Shown in pieces: positions 25,626-36,962 of a stretch of 64,000 bases of DNA. Source of the DNA: Minutocellus sp. GHC0000111 (taxonomy: Eukaryota); assembly GCA_977018835.1 (NCBI GenBank), contig OZ361260.1:1984001-2048000 (forward strand). Reading direction: 5' to 3'. A program made the translations under genes and the position numbers. The notes below the pieces were generated by a model that worked only from the letters and a program-made list of their open reading frames with translations, did no database searches and was not told the origin of the DNA. Numbering within the stretch: position 1 is the first letter of the stretch; each line of letters begins with the position of its first letter.

Positions 25626-28371
25626 TATGGAGCATCATTGGATTTGAGGCACACTCAATTCACCTCTCATATGCCCTCTGCCACTCCATTGATGCTGGAG
25701 CATGCATGATCCCCAAATCCTTTTCAGTCTAAAGCCTGCTAAAGCTCGCATTTAGCCGCTGCCTGGCCTGGTGCCAGAGAAGTGTAAATCCTCATCTCAG
25801 GGTCAAATGTATAGTCTGCGCATAAGAGCGGGCACTACCCAACTTTTTTTGCTGTCTTGTCTTTTAGCAACAAATCGTGGCCGGTGATTCGGAGACGGGG
25901 AAAGATTAGGCGTTGTCTTATCTCACTTTTACTTGAACTAATAACCTTTGTGTCTATGTCCGCTGATTACAGTCACATCCATTTATGTTTCTTGTTGCTG
26001 TGTGGCCAATAAGCGAACTAGTGGAGCCGTTTTCTGGAAAGGCTGTGGTGCTTGGGGAGGCCTTGCACCACGGAAGCTCCGACGGTGACTTACCAGTAGG
26101 TCATAGTGGTTTTCCGATTCCGTTGTGTTAGATGTGTACCTTTTTTGGATGAATTTTCGATTAATGGTTTAGGGCAAAGATAAAAGTTGATTGGTGCACC
26201 TGATCCCCCCCTCCTTTGCGCGCATGCCTCCAGCCATCAATGCTGCTGTGACCTGTCCGGTTCTGGGACGCAACAACGTGTGCGAGCGAGCGCATCTGCC
26301 TTGGAGAATCTTTCATCAGGGCTAAGTTCCCCCCGGTGTCCCAGCTGTTGTTGACACGTAATTCATCGTGTTGCAATGTTGTCTTGTTTTGTTTGATCTC
26401 TGCCTGCTTCCTTTCACTCTTCCTGTGGTGGTAGACTCGTCATGTGTTGTCCCTCCTGGGCAACGAGAGTGCCAGATTAGCGAGCTCCCCTCCTGATGAT
26501 TGATTGCACTGCATCGACCCACTTGGGCCAGGCAGTTAGAGGCCCCTTGAGACTTTCAAGGTGACGTCTGTTTGTAAAAGAAGTGAAAAGAGGGTAGTGA
26601 CTGATGGGTGAAGATTGTGATTGGGACACAACAAACACACACACACACACACACACACAGCAGCGCAGCAGTTGACAGTCAGTCAGTCTGTGCCAGCCAG
26701 TCTTGTCTGTGGCACATCAAAGTCTGGTGTGGGAGATCGACCATCGGGACAACTCATCATCCATGGCAAACAAGATCAACAACAACGGTGTCACCAACAC
26801 ACAAGATGCCCAACCTCAAGCTTGCCATGCCAAGGAGTCCAAGGCCATTGCTCACTTACTTTCTTCAGCTACGTAGCTCCGCAAGCATCTCAATCTGCTT
26901 GCCAAGAAGAAAGAGCAAGAATCCTCCGGGTGAGTCTCTCATTGTCACACATTTGTTACCCAGTCTGTTGCCACGCCACTAGCTAGCATGAGTGTGACAA
27001 CTTCCTCAACAAGGTCTCTCGGACCTTTGCCGCCAAGGACAAGGTCTGGCTTGGGCAGACAAGCTTCTCAAGTCTCTCTCATCAAGGCCAAGGCTGTTGT
27101 GTTACAAAGGCCAACGCTCCCAAGAAAGGTAGGTAGGTGACTCGTCGTCCAAGCGCTCAGCCAACAACACCGATGGCAGTTGGCACACTGGCGGCGGCAG
27201 AGGCCCCCGGTGGTCAGAGGCACCGATGGTCGGTCAGAACTGCCATGGTGGTGGCGTCTTTCCGTGGTGCTGCCACGTCTCTTTTGGGAACAATCAATTC
27301 ATCACATTGCAAAGACAACGAGTGTGTTCTTTTTTCCGTGTCTGACTTTCTTTCTCTTTGTTTCTGTCCTTTTGACAGCAGCAAGCTGCGATGCCACTCA
27401 GAATGTTCTGCGTCAATGGGCCGAACGAATGTCATCATCAGCAGCGTCAGAACCTAACCCGGCGCGGAACTCCAGGTTCAGGAGGTCAAGGCAGCTGCTG
27501 GCACTCTAACGTGGATTGATCTGGATGTCCTAAAAATGGGCATGGCTCCTTGCTGTGACATGGGTGCTGCCACACCTTCTTTCAGAACTGTGTTCTTTGG
27601 TTCGCATCTTCTTTCTTTGTTCCTGTCCTTTTGACAGAGCTTTAATTACTTACTACACGTAACATGCCGTTGACTGCAGCCAGCCATGCGGGGGGAGCCA
27701 TCTGCCGCTGGTGCCGGGCATCGGTTGTCAGAGTGCCCACCGCTAGGCATAGCAAAGTCTCTTCCAAAGCACGTAGCAACATCAACAGGAGGCCATGCTG
27801 TCGGCCAAAGCTGCTCAATTTTTGCCTAAGATGCACTGTGGTGTTGTTCGCACACGGTAGGCCTACTTTTTCTGTCTATGTGTGTGTTTGGCAAGAGGAC
27901 TGGTTTGCCATGTAATGCTCTCTCTCAAGCACCGAAATGTACGAGCAAGTCTTTTCCCTGATGCAGGGAAACTCTGCCGTCTCTGCTTGCAACATCTCAG
28001 GCCTTCCCACCCTGCCATGATGCACAAGAGGGGGCGGAATGTACCGCATAGTTTGGCATAGCTGCTGGACTGGAATGGCGATTGCACTTCGAGAGACCCG
28101 AGTTGCTTGTGCGAGGTCGCAAGTAGTTTTACGGTCAAGATCACCCGAAAGGTCAGCCCTTATATGCAAAGTTAGGCTACATTTTTTGTTCTTCGGTTCG
28201 AAACATGGTTTTTATTCAAATGGATTTAAGCTTACTTAGCGGGACGACACGACCACCACACCTTCTGTCGCAAAAGATCATAAATGCATGCAGCAACTGA
28301 CAGGAGTCGAGTCGAGTCTGCATTGGCTAATCTACACGTACCGGTATGCTTGTTGACGGGGACGGACTGTA
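25626..28371. mobile_element. Old degenerate repeat/TE tract ending in a diverged CAGTCCGT-family right TIR
   Basis: CpG- and TpA-poor, no coherent ORF, imperfect internal repeats (27260-27380 vs 27560-27640), (AC)n at ~26635. Ends TGCTTGTTGACGGGGACGGACTG-TA at 28369-71. Confidence 0.5.
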
Positions 28372-29059
28372 TCTAGTCGTCAATATTAGCTAACTTTAGA
28401 CACTCTTACATGTATGCGATACCCTCTTACGTTAATATTATTGTATTGCTTCGATTTTGCAGCTATTTAAGTAACATGTATCTCAGGACTACTCTTCGCC
28501 ATGTTTTCCGTTCTGCGGCTGCTATGTTGTGCCTACCCTCGGGGGGCTCTAGCGACAACATCACTACGTGTACAACACGATAGGATCTTCCTCAAACCCA
28601 AAACACATTTACTGTGAGATGATGAGAGAGCATACCCACCGCACTTGCACCCGCCAACAGCATTGCAGTCATTCCACCTAGATTGATCAAATTGGAATCC
28701 GCGCTGGCAGTAGCTCCATTCGCCACCACAACCTTTCCTGCCTCTGTAGCCCCGGCAACCCCATTCTGCACCAAAGTACTTGCGGTCCTAGCTACATTCT
28801 CTAGCATATTTCGTCTCATATCCTCCGAGAACATGCTAGAGAGGTCGTTGTGCATTCCTCCTCCGAAGCAACCCACGTCGTGGGTGTGTTTGGGCCTGCT
28901 CATCCCTCGAGAGGATGTTACCTCGTACATTGTCCCTACTACTTTATGATGACATAAAGAGATTTGCATTGCCTTGAACACGCGTGCTACGTAGATGCAT
29001 GTAGTAGATCTATCAATAGTTCCTCTCCTCAGACCTTATTTTTGCAACACGGTGTTGGC

Positions 29060-29171
29060 ACGTCATCTGCAAATAAGCACATGCTTAGGTGAGACCTCAG
29101 ATTTTGACCGTGCATAAGCACATTGAGACCTCAGCTCCAAAATGGATGTGCTTATTTTCGGGGACGGACTG
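29060..29171. mobile_element. Right end of a CAGTCCGT-family element
   Basis: TGCTTATTTTCGGGGACGGACTG (29149-29171) + TA is the exact reverse complement of 17396-17418; the interior resembles the 6461 MITE. Confidence 0.75.
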
Positions 29172-29174
29172 TAG

Positions 29175-31817
29175 AGAGTACGGCATGGGTAGATCTAGAC
29201 TCTACTATGAGCGATTCCGAGGTTACAGGAGCGGCCCTGAGCATCATTTCGAAGAAGAAAGACGAAGGTTTGGCGGTGAATTGCCTTGACTCTGTTGATC
29301 TTGCCATGGGTCGCTGGGCGGTGTGGAGGTAAGGGTTTGGTCGGCCTCTTTGGAGTGAATGGTGTTGAGATACGTTTGATAGGCATAGTGGGCAAAGGAT
29401 GCTAGCCAGGTGAGCATTTGGTCGGTCGAGTTCCATGCAAAGGCAATACTGGGTGGTGGTGGTATACCTCGGCGAGCGAGGGTCGTATTAGTATTGAGTC
29501 GGCCATGTTGGATGAGGAATCGTTGGAGTATGCTGCGGTGGCCGCTATAGGCGCCCGGGGCAGTAGAGCCAATTTTCTCGCGGTATAGCGCTGTGTCCGG
29601 CATGGTGAGTCCGGTGGTACCAGTGGTACTTGTTTGGGTATGTGTTGGGGTCTGGTGGCGGCGATTTTTGCGGATGCGGCGGCGTTTGCATCGCGAAGGC
29701 TTTTTTGAGGTACTCTTAGCGTCGATGGCGATGAATGCTGGTGATTCGTATTCGTCCATGAGGTCGAATATGTGGGCGTCGTTGACGTCGTTTTGGTTGA
29801 GTCGAAGGCTTTGTTTGAGCTCGGCCAGCATGGTCTGGTAGTCCAGGGGCAGGTGCGGGGTGACCGCGGTACGACCCGCTTGGTACGTGCCATCTGTGAG
29901 TGGAGCATGGGCCTTCCAATTCGCTTCAGGGCTGGAGTGTGGTTCGAGGTCATTTGGTGTGGCGGTCCATTCGTAAATGGTGTGTGCATCGCGGAAGCGT
30001 TGGGTTCGGCATTGAGCCGTTGCCCAGAAAGCATCTGCGAGGCCGTCAGCGGTGAGATGGTCAGTGTAAAAATCGGCGAGGACAGGTTGCCAATATGCTG
30101 CCTCGAATCGATTTTGGAGGGTAGTGTTGGTAGGGTCCGTGTGAGGGCGGAGGAGATTGCAAAGGTCACTGCCAAAGCTGTACATTGCTGCTGTGGTGGG
30201 GTTTCCAGGCCCGAGGCATGTATCTTTTCGGGAGGGGAGTTGGTTGGGTCTGGGAGTGGAATGTCCCGGTGTCCCGAGGGCGGGAGTGTATGCGGGGTCG
30301 AGGGCGAGTAGGCGGTCCATAAGGTCGGTGTGGAAGCTACTTTGTAGGTCGCGGAAATAATATCCGTATTTAGCGAGCTCGTTGATGTTCCGCTTAAGGA
30401 AGTTTGGTGATCTGTTGTTGTCGCGGAGGGCGGCGAGGCGAGCGCGGACCATGCTGCCGATGTGTGTGCGGGCATTGCAGTAGATTTCCAGTTCGCGTGC
30501 TTTGCTGGCCAGGGAGGCGCCGCCGGCGTGGCGGATCCCGTGCCCGAATTTGGTGGCCGGGAGGAACATGACGTGGCGGGGGTCATTGACTGTGAGGCCG
30601 AAATGTTTGTGTTGTTGGCTAGTGAGCGCATCGATGGCTTTGCTCACGGTTTCGGCGTCTTCTTGATTATGGAGGGGGTTGAACTCTCCGATTCCCGGTG
30701 CAAGGGTGCTGTGGGCGAGGGCAGCGATTCGGCTGTTCACGTTCGTCCGATGGATCGTTTTTGTGTTTGTCTGCATTGTGCGGACTTTGTGGGAGGTGTC
30801 TGTGAAGCCTTGCATGTCGATGCATGTGCCGAAATGTCTTTTCTTTTGTTGGTCCGGGGGGCATCTGCGGTGGTGAAGCTGTTGATGTGGTCAAAGAGAA
30901 ATTCTCCCTCGGTGTCGTCGAGGTCTTCTGGGTTGTAATGAGACGTTTGGATGGTGGTTTGGATGAAAGTTTTGATGGGACGGTCATGGAGATGTGACCA
31001 GGCGGTGCTGGTAAAAGGTTCGACGGTTCGTTGCTCTTCCGGGGTAAGGTTGTGGAGGCTGACATTGCATTTTGGTGATTTTCGGCCGAGCCTGTTTATG
31101 TTGCACCAGGCACTGGCGGCATCGATCCGTTTTTGGACTCGGCGGACAAGGATTGCGCCGGCAGGGGCGCGGTCATGTAGTTGTCGCCATCGTCGCAATA
31201 GTTGGATGCACGGAGGGCAGGGCGTTGGCCCGTGAGCGGGTCGGTTGAGCCCATGACGTGTGCATGATCTCCAGGTTCTTCGCCCGGGAGGTCTAGGGCC
31301 CATGCGTTAACGAGGTCGGCGGCGACGAGATTTGCTTGTGGGCATGAAAGTCCCTTGCCCTGCCGGAGGCCATGGCTCTGCCTGATTGCAATGTGTGCTT
31401 CGGTTGACTTGATGTTAACCTTGGATGGTTTTTGGTCTTCGCCGATCCATTCGCCGTAGCCGAAGTGGGTGCCGGCGGCCTGATAGTTGAGGTGGAGTTG
31501 GTGTTTGGTTAGAGATCATGTTGTGCATTTTTTCGATGTCGTCCGAGATGACGGCCAGGTGCTGACCGCATTGGAGGCTGTCCTCGATAGCGCAGGCGTG
31601 GGTGAGGGTCGTTTCCTCCACCGAGACGTTCTTTTGGAAGGATTTGACTTCCGGTGGGAGGATGTTGGCGGCGTTGATGGCTTCTGCGTAACAGTCTTGG
31701 ACCCGGCTTGACCATTCTGCAGCTGGGTCCGAGCACAGGGACACAGGGCGTCGGTCGCCGTCGGGTTTCGCGAGCAGGGCGAGATCTTGCTCGAGGCTGG
31801 CGTCGGGCTGTGTAGAC
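29175..31817 (-). mobile_element. Degenerate non-LTR retrotransposon remnant, copy 2 (retains ~400 bp more 3' end)
   Basis: Identical to 11318-13550, and the ORF continues to a stop at 29244. Confidence 0.8.
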
Positions 31818-32501
31818 GTCTACATGTAGATCTAAAACGTTTATCAAATTGTCATCTTTACATGTAGGGCAAGATCCTTATTCGTAGTGATGTTGAGTGC
31901 CACTGTACATGTAGGAATGAGAATTCCTAGTCTACGAGGTCACGGACAGCAGTTTCAGGGACCCGGTTTTCGGGTCTTTGGGCAAAATCTCATAAAAATC
32001 AGCACAAACGCACACAGCAAGCAGCATTTATTTGCTATCGTCCTGTCTTCAAGATGGCGGTGACGGCAGTGCCGACGGCATCCGCTTCACGCAAGGGATA
32101 AGCGTGGTATCTCCAGAACGGGTTGGTCCTTGACCTTGGACCGACTCGGAGACATCGACTTCATCTTCCCATGCCAGCGTCTGGCCGATTCACCCCATCC
32201 ATCGCCCCTCCCGACTTCTGCCAGTTTTTCCGATGACAACCGGTCACCTCCTCCACCTCCCGACCCCACCACCACCTCCCAAATGCATTGATTCAAGTAG
32301 CCATATGGTTTGAGCTCCGATATCGGTCTCCATGGTCCCCATAATGGCGCATCTTATGCGGTCCGGGTGACCCCGCGCCAAAGTCGAGCGGCGGGCCAAA
32401 AAAATAATCACCCGCCCGGCGCGCCCGCCACTCAATGAAACCTTCCTCATTTCCAACCCACCCGACATACAAACTGTTGCTCTACTGCCACAAAATACTG
32501 C

Positions 32502-34163
32502 ATGTCCAACACCATGTTAATGCAAATGGCTGTTACTACTGCTGCCACCGCAGCTGATGCGCCAGCATGTCGCCGCTCCCGTCGGTCCGGCAGCTCCATC
32601 CCATGCTTTGATTATTTTGTCCATCGGAGCGGCAGCACCATCGACGCCTCTACGATTCGTGGCAAGTCTCCTGGGATGATCCAGACCATAGCGAACCGGG
32701 CATGGGCGGGCCTCTCACTTCAGAAACAGCAGGATGTTGTGGAGCAAGCCCGAGAGGAGGAGCTGTGCTGTCCGAGCCAGACCGGTCCTGATCCGGCACA
32801 AGATGTGCCGATTTCTCAAATTCAAATTGCTCGGCGCAATTCGTCATCCAATAACGCAGATGCCAGCCCTGAGCCGACGGTCGAGGACAATGCTGGTGTC
32901 GCTGCTCGTCCTGGTGATGACAATGTCGAAGCTGGGGGCATCGCCGAGTCCATGGTGGTGGATGGAAGCGGCAACAGTGAAGAATCTGGCAATCCTGCCA
33001 GTGTCGGTGTTTCTGCTACCGGCACCGCCAATTCTGGTGGATCGACCGAGGAGAATTTGGATGTGCTGCTGGTTGAGGCCGAAGCGCAATAACACAAAGC
33101 TGCAGAGGAGGCTTTGAAAGGGCTAAGGGATGCCTTGAAACGAGAAAAGCGGAAGGATGAAAAGGCCATGGCCGATGCCGAGAAGAAAAGGAACAAAATG
33201 AAGGATGAGAACGGCAATTTACCGAATGGAAAGAAGCGAGTTCTCCTCGTGCATTGCGATGAGAAATGGTTCTGGGGTCTCGTCCTCCGAGCTTTTGCGA
33301 AGGCTTGCGAGGAAATCGGCGTGAAAAAGCGAGATTACGCGGCCTTTCACAGGAGCCACATCAACAAGGTCATGGCCATTGCATTTGTTGCCGCTGTCTT
33401 TGACGGTTCTCTTGAGAGTGGGTGCGAGGTTGTAAAACTGCCACTGGTACGAGCTCAAGCTCCTAAAATAGCGGAGCGAGCTCAGTACGAAGCAGTGTCA
33501 CAGCCTGATGGTTCAATACGGCACCCAAATGCCAACCCCGATGGGACACCAAAGGAACCTCTTCGCCGGAAAGGAGAGTCGTTTCTTGTTGATTGTTGCG
33601 TTACTGGATCGAACGAAGGCACCAAAAAGGAATGCTCTTTGCTCCTCGTATTCAAGGAGACTATTTTCCCAGCGATTCTCAACCTTGTCGGTCCGGGCAA
33701 GCAATACGAAGATTGCCATGTTATTATCCAGGGCGACCAGGCCGGGCCTCACGAGGACGGAACCTTCACGCAATTTGTTACTAACTTCTGTGCTGAGCAA
33801 GGCTGGACGTGGCAGCCACAGGCACCGCAGATGCCTCACGCCAACGTCCTTGACTTGAGCGTGTTCCCCGCGATGAGCCGGCGGCACTCGGAATGGGCAC
33901 GAAAAATGGTAGGCACCTCCGTCATTTCCACCGACCAGATCTGGGACACTGCCGAGGACGTTTACGATAGCATGCCTAACTGCAAAATTGCTTCGGCCTT
34001 CATTCAGTACTGGAGGATAATGGGCCTGGTGATTAAGGCCGGTGGTAGCAATGAGTTTGTTGGAAGGTTGGGTGACGAAAACTTGCACACTGGAATTAGG
34101 ATCGACTTCAACGAAACGGCCAAGGGGATGGAGCCCTCAGCTCGTCATCCTTCTAATAAATAG
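32502..34163 (+). pseudogene. Family A DD38D transposase, copy 2 (in-frame TAA 33090-92)
   Basis: Identical translation to 14235-15896. Confidence 0.85.
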
Positions 34164-34258
34164 ATAGTATTAATATCTTTACACATGTATTAAATTAATG
34201 TTACACGTCTACAAATTATGTATAGATCTACATGTAAGATGCAGCAGCATTGGTTTGT

Positions 34259-35392
34259 TTACATCACGGTGGGCTTCTTTGTTCTTCTATTTCTACCGGT
34301 ATTCTTTTTTGCCTCCTTGGCCTTCTTATGATCATTAGAAAGCCACACAGCGTGGAGGGACTGACGAATCTTTCCGCGCTTCACACCATATGCATCGGCA
34401 AGTTTATTGTCAGTGAGGGCAGGGTGAGCAGTTGGTTGTTTACTCCCATCCTCATATCCCAACTTATATGCATCTAATGCAATCTTGTCAGTAGATAATG
34501 CAATAGAGAATTCTATTGTCTTGTTATCATACAATCCGAGTTCTCTGCTTCTCCACCCTTTTGGGTAGGCACCACGACCCTCTCTTACTTGGCGATCGAC
34601 TTCGATCATGCCTAGCACTGTGGTGACCGCTACCTCGCTACCCCAACCAGGAACTTGTTTGAAGGGGAGGTAGACCCCTTTCTCTTTTCTTCTTGGTTCG
34701 GGCCTCTGACTACATGTGGGTGACTTGTAGTTCTTTATATCTTGTGGTAGTGGTGCTTCTCCGTACGTCAAAAAGCACGCAAGCCTCCGATGTTCCTCAA
34801 CCTCTCGTTCAATCTGTCGTTCGGTTGGTTCGGTTGGAGGCAAGGGCTCCAAGATGGTAGGGGATGACAATTGAAGGTTGCTGAACGACGGGCATGAGCG
34901 GCTTGGGGTAAGAGCATACTGAGTATGAACTGACATTGGACTTGTTACCATGGGCGTGGCGGAGGGAAGGTCGAATGAGCTCACGGGCTTTCTCCTCTCG
35001 CCGCTTGGCTTTGCGTCGGCGGTTGCTATGCTCATCTCTGAGAATGAATCATCATCAGAATGAGATGAAACGGTAGCGGTACCGCGAAAGTCGGCACGCA
35101 ATATGTCATGATGCATGTACTTCCTTGCTTGGGCTTGTTCGGCGGCGAAGCCATCCTCTTCGTTGTACTCGCGTCGATATTTCAACACACGAGGAGATGT
35201 GAGGTCTGACGATGCCGGTGGGACCCCTTGGTTGTCCTCCTCGTCATCGTTGTCCTTGTTCTCTCGATACCGCGGATGTTCCGGCGTTTCGTTGGAAGTT
35301 TCCTTCTCATGGCGCGAGGGGCTGAATGCAGTCGCCTCGGCGCGTTTCGGTGGACGCGGTGGACTGAAGATGTGTCCCTTTGGAGTATCCAT
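34259..35392 (-). CDS. Transposon-borne uncharacterised ORF2, copy 2
   Basis: Identical to 15992-17125. Confidence 0.6.
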   Translation of the reverse strand: MDTPKGHIFSPPRPPKRAEATAFSPSRHEKETSNETPEHPRYRENKDNDDEEDNQGVPPASSDLTSPRVLKYRREYNEEDGFAAEQAQARKYMHHDILRADFRGTATVSSHSDDDSFSEMSIATADAKPSGERRKPVSSFDLPSATPMVTSPMSVHTQYALTPSRSCPSFSNLQLSSPTILEPLPPTEPTERQIEREVEEHRRLACFLTYGEAPLPQDIKNYKSPTCSQRPEPRRKEKGVYLPFKQVPGWGSEVAVTTVLGMIEVDRQVREGRGAYPKGWRSRELGLYDNKTIEFSIALSTDKIALDAYKLGYEDGSKQPTAHPALTDNKLADAYGVKRGKIRQSLHAVWLSNDHKKAKEAKKNTGRNRRTKKPTVM

Positions 35393-36356
35393 GAGTATGG
35401 AAGCTTCTTGAAGCGCCAGTCGGCAGAAGTTGCCCAGTCTATTTGTGGTAATTGCTTGGAGGTCGGTTGTTGACGGATGTGTTTTGATTTGCTTGCTTTG
35501 CCGCGTGTTTTTCAAGGTGCGCGCAAACCGCCGTGTCGGAAAGTCCAAAGACCCCAAAAAACGGGTCCCCGAAATTGCTGTCCCGGACCTCGTACCGACG
35601 AAAATTCTCGTTTCGTTTACCAATATTGGTACTGTTAAAAAAATCAGTCAGTTCGTCGTCTACAGTCCGTCCCCGAAAATAAGCATATTTGACATGCTTG
35701 TTTTGGGCCTACCCTAATTGTCATAGAAAACCTATGAGCTTTTTTGGAGCCGGCTCAAAATCTATGACCTTTTTCCCATGCAAAACCTATGCCAAAATGG
35801 CTTTGTGTTGTTAGTTTTCATTGTCAAAATCTAAGTTTTGCTGCTCTTGGGCGCTAGACTTTTGCAAATTTTCGCTGGCGCAAAACCCAAATTAAGGGGA
35901 AGTGAAGTGTCTTGTTGTTACATGCACCCTTAAATCCACGCCATGCATGTGTACAAGCAGTGATGTCAGTGTTTGCACCAGCAACAATAGTGAAAACCTA
36001 TGCCAAACAGAAAACCTATGAGCTTCTTTGGAGCCGCCTCAAAATCGTATACGTGCCTCATTAGTGCGATGGCTCGAAATGGAAAGATGGAGGAGGCGAA
36101 TGCCCTCCTCAGTGCCATGGAGTCCGCCAACGTCAGACCAACTACTATTATGTACAATGCATTTATTGCTGCAGCCTTGGCAGACGCACCGCCGCGAGTT
36201 TCTTCGACATCCGATGCTGGTCCTGATAGCAGCAATTTGGACGAGGAGCACAGACAGTACAACAATCGGATCGTAGATGTGATGAATCCAGCTCCGCCAA
36301 CAACTTGCTGTTGCTTTTTTGCTCTCTCTCTCTGCTCCTTGCTTTCCGCTTCCTGC

Positions 36357-36759
36357 CAGGGATCGCTGCCCGCGAGGTGCTCGCCCCCCAAACACCCGTG
36401 CATCGGGTGTTTTATGCGGGTGTGTGCCCACACCCGGCACCCACCCGCGTCAAGTTGCGACACCCGCACCCGCACCCGGTGCCCGGGTCTTTGGAGATTC
36501 CTCCTCGGGTGTTGAAATCGATCCAAATGACGTCAAAAAGAAGAAAAATTTTGCTAAAAATATGATGAAAATGTGACGTGTGACACCCGATTCGCGGGTG
36601 CTACCCGGGTACTCGGACACCGGGTACCCGCACCCGGTACACACCCGCCATTCAGAAGGTTCTGCTACCCGGTACCCGATACTCACCCGCCTAATTTTCA
36701 ACACAGAACACCCGGACCCGGTACCTACCCGGCTACAATTTTGAGCGGGTAGCAAACTG
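36357..36759. mobile_element. hAT-type MITE, copy 2, ~200 bp upstream of the epimerase ATG
   Basis: Same TSD CTTCCTGC and sequence as 25056-25458. Confidence 0.85.
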
Positions 36760-36962
36760 CTTCCTGCTCTCCATCAACTATACTCCTAATTCCCGATAGG
36801 AGCTTTTAGTACTGAAAAAACAAAAATTTGGCCTCTCTCTTCAAGACCGGCGCGCAATGCGCCATGGCAAAAAGATGAGCCGAGCCATTTAGATCGACTC
36901 TCGCTCTTAGCCGGCAATAACAAAGCAAAGAAGGGAACCAACGCGCTTGCTCTCCAAAGCGC

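Larger units (their letters stand above)
31935..35592 (+). mobile_element. Mariner-like transposon family A, copy 2 (duplicated with its flanks, not an independent insertion)
   Basis: Same TIRs, same TA flanks and identical flanking DNA as 13668-17325. Confidence 0.92.
29585..36278 (+). repeat. 6694-bp direct duplication, copy 2
   Basis: See 11318-18011. Confidence 0.97.

Noticed and set aside
28592..28981. 129-aa minus-strand ORF
   Set aside because: No recognisable domain, non-ATG start, and it sits between TE ends; possibly a gene fragment but unsupported.
31935..35592. Second copies of transposons A and B as evidence of fresh transposition
   Set aside because: Flanking DNA is duplicated with them, so they arose by segmental or inverted duplication.
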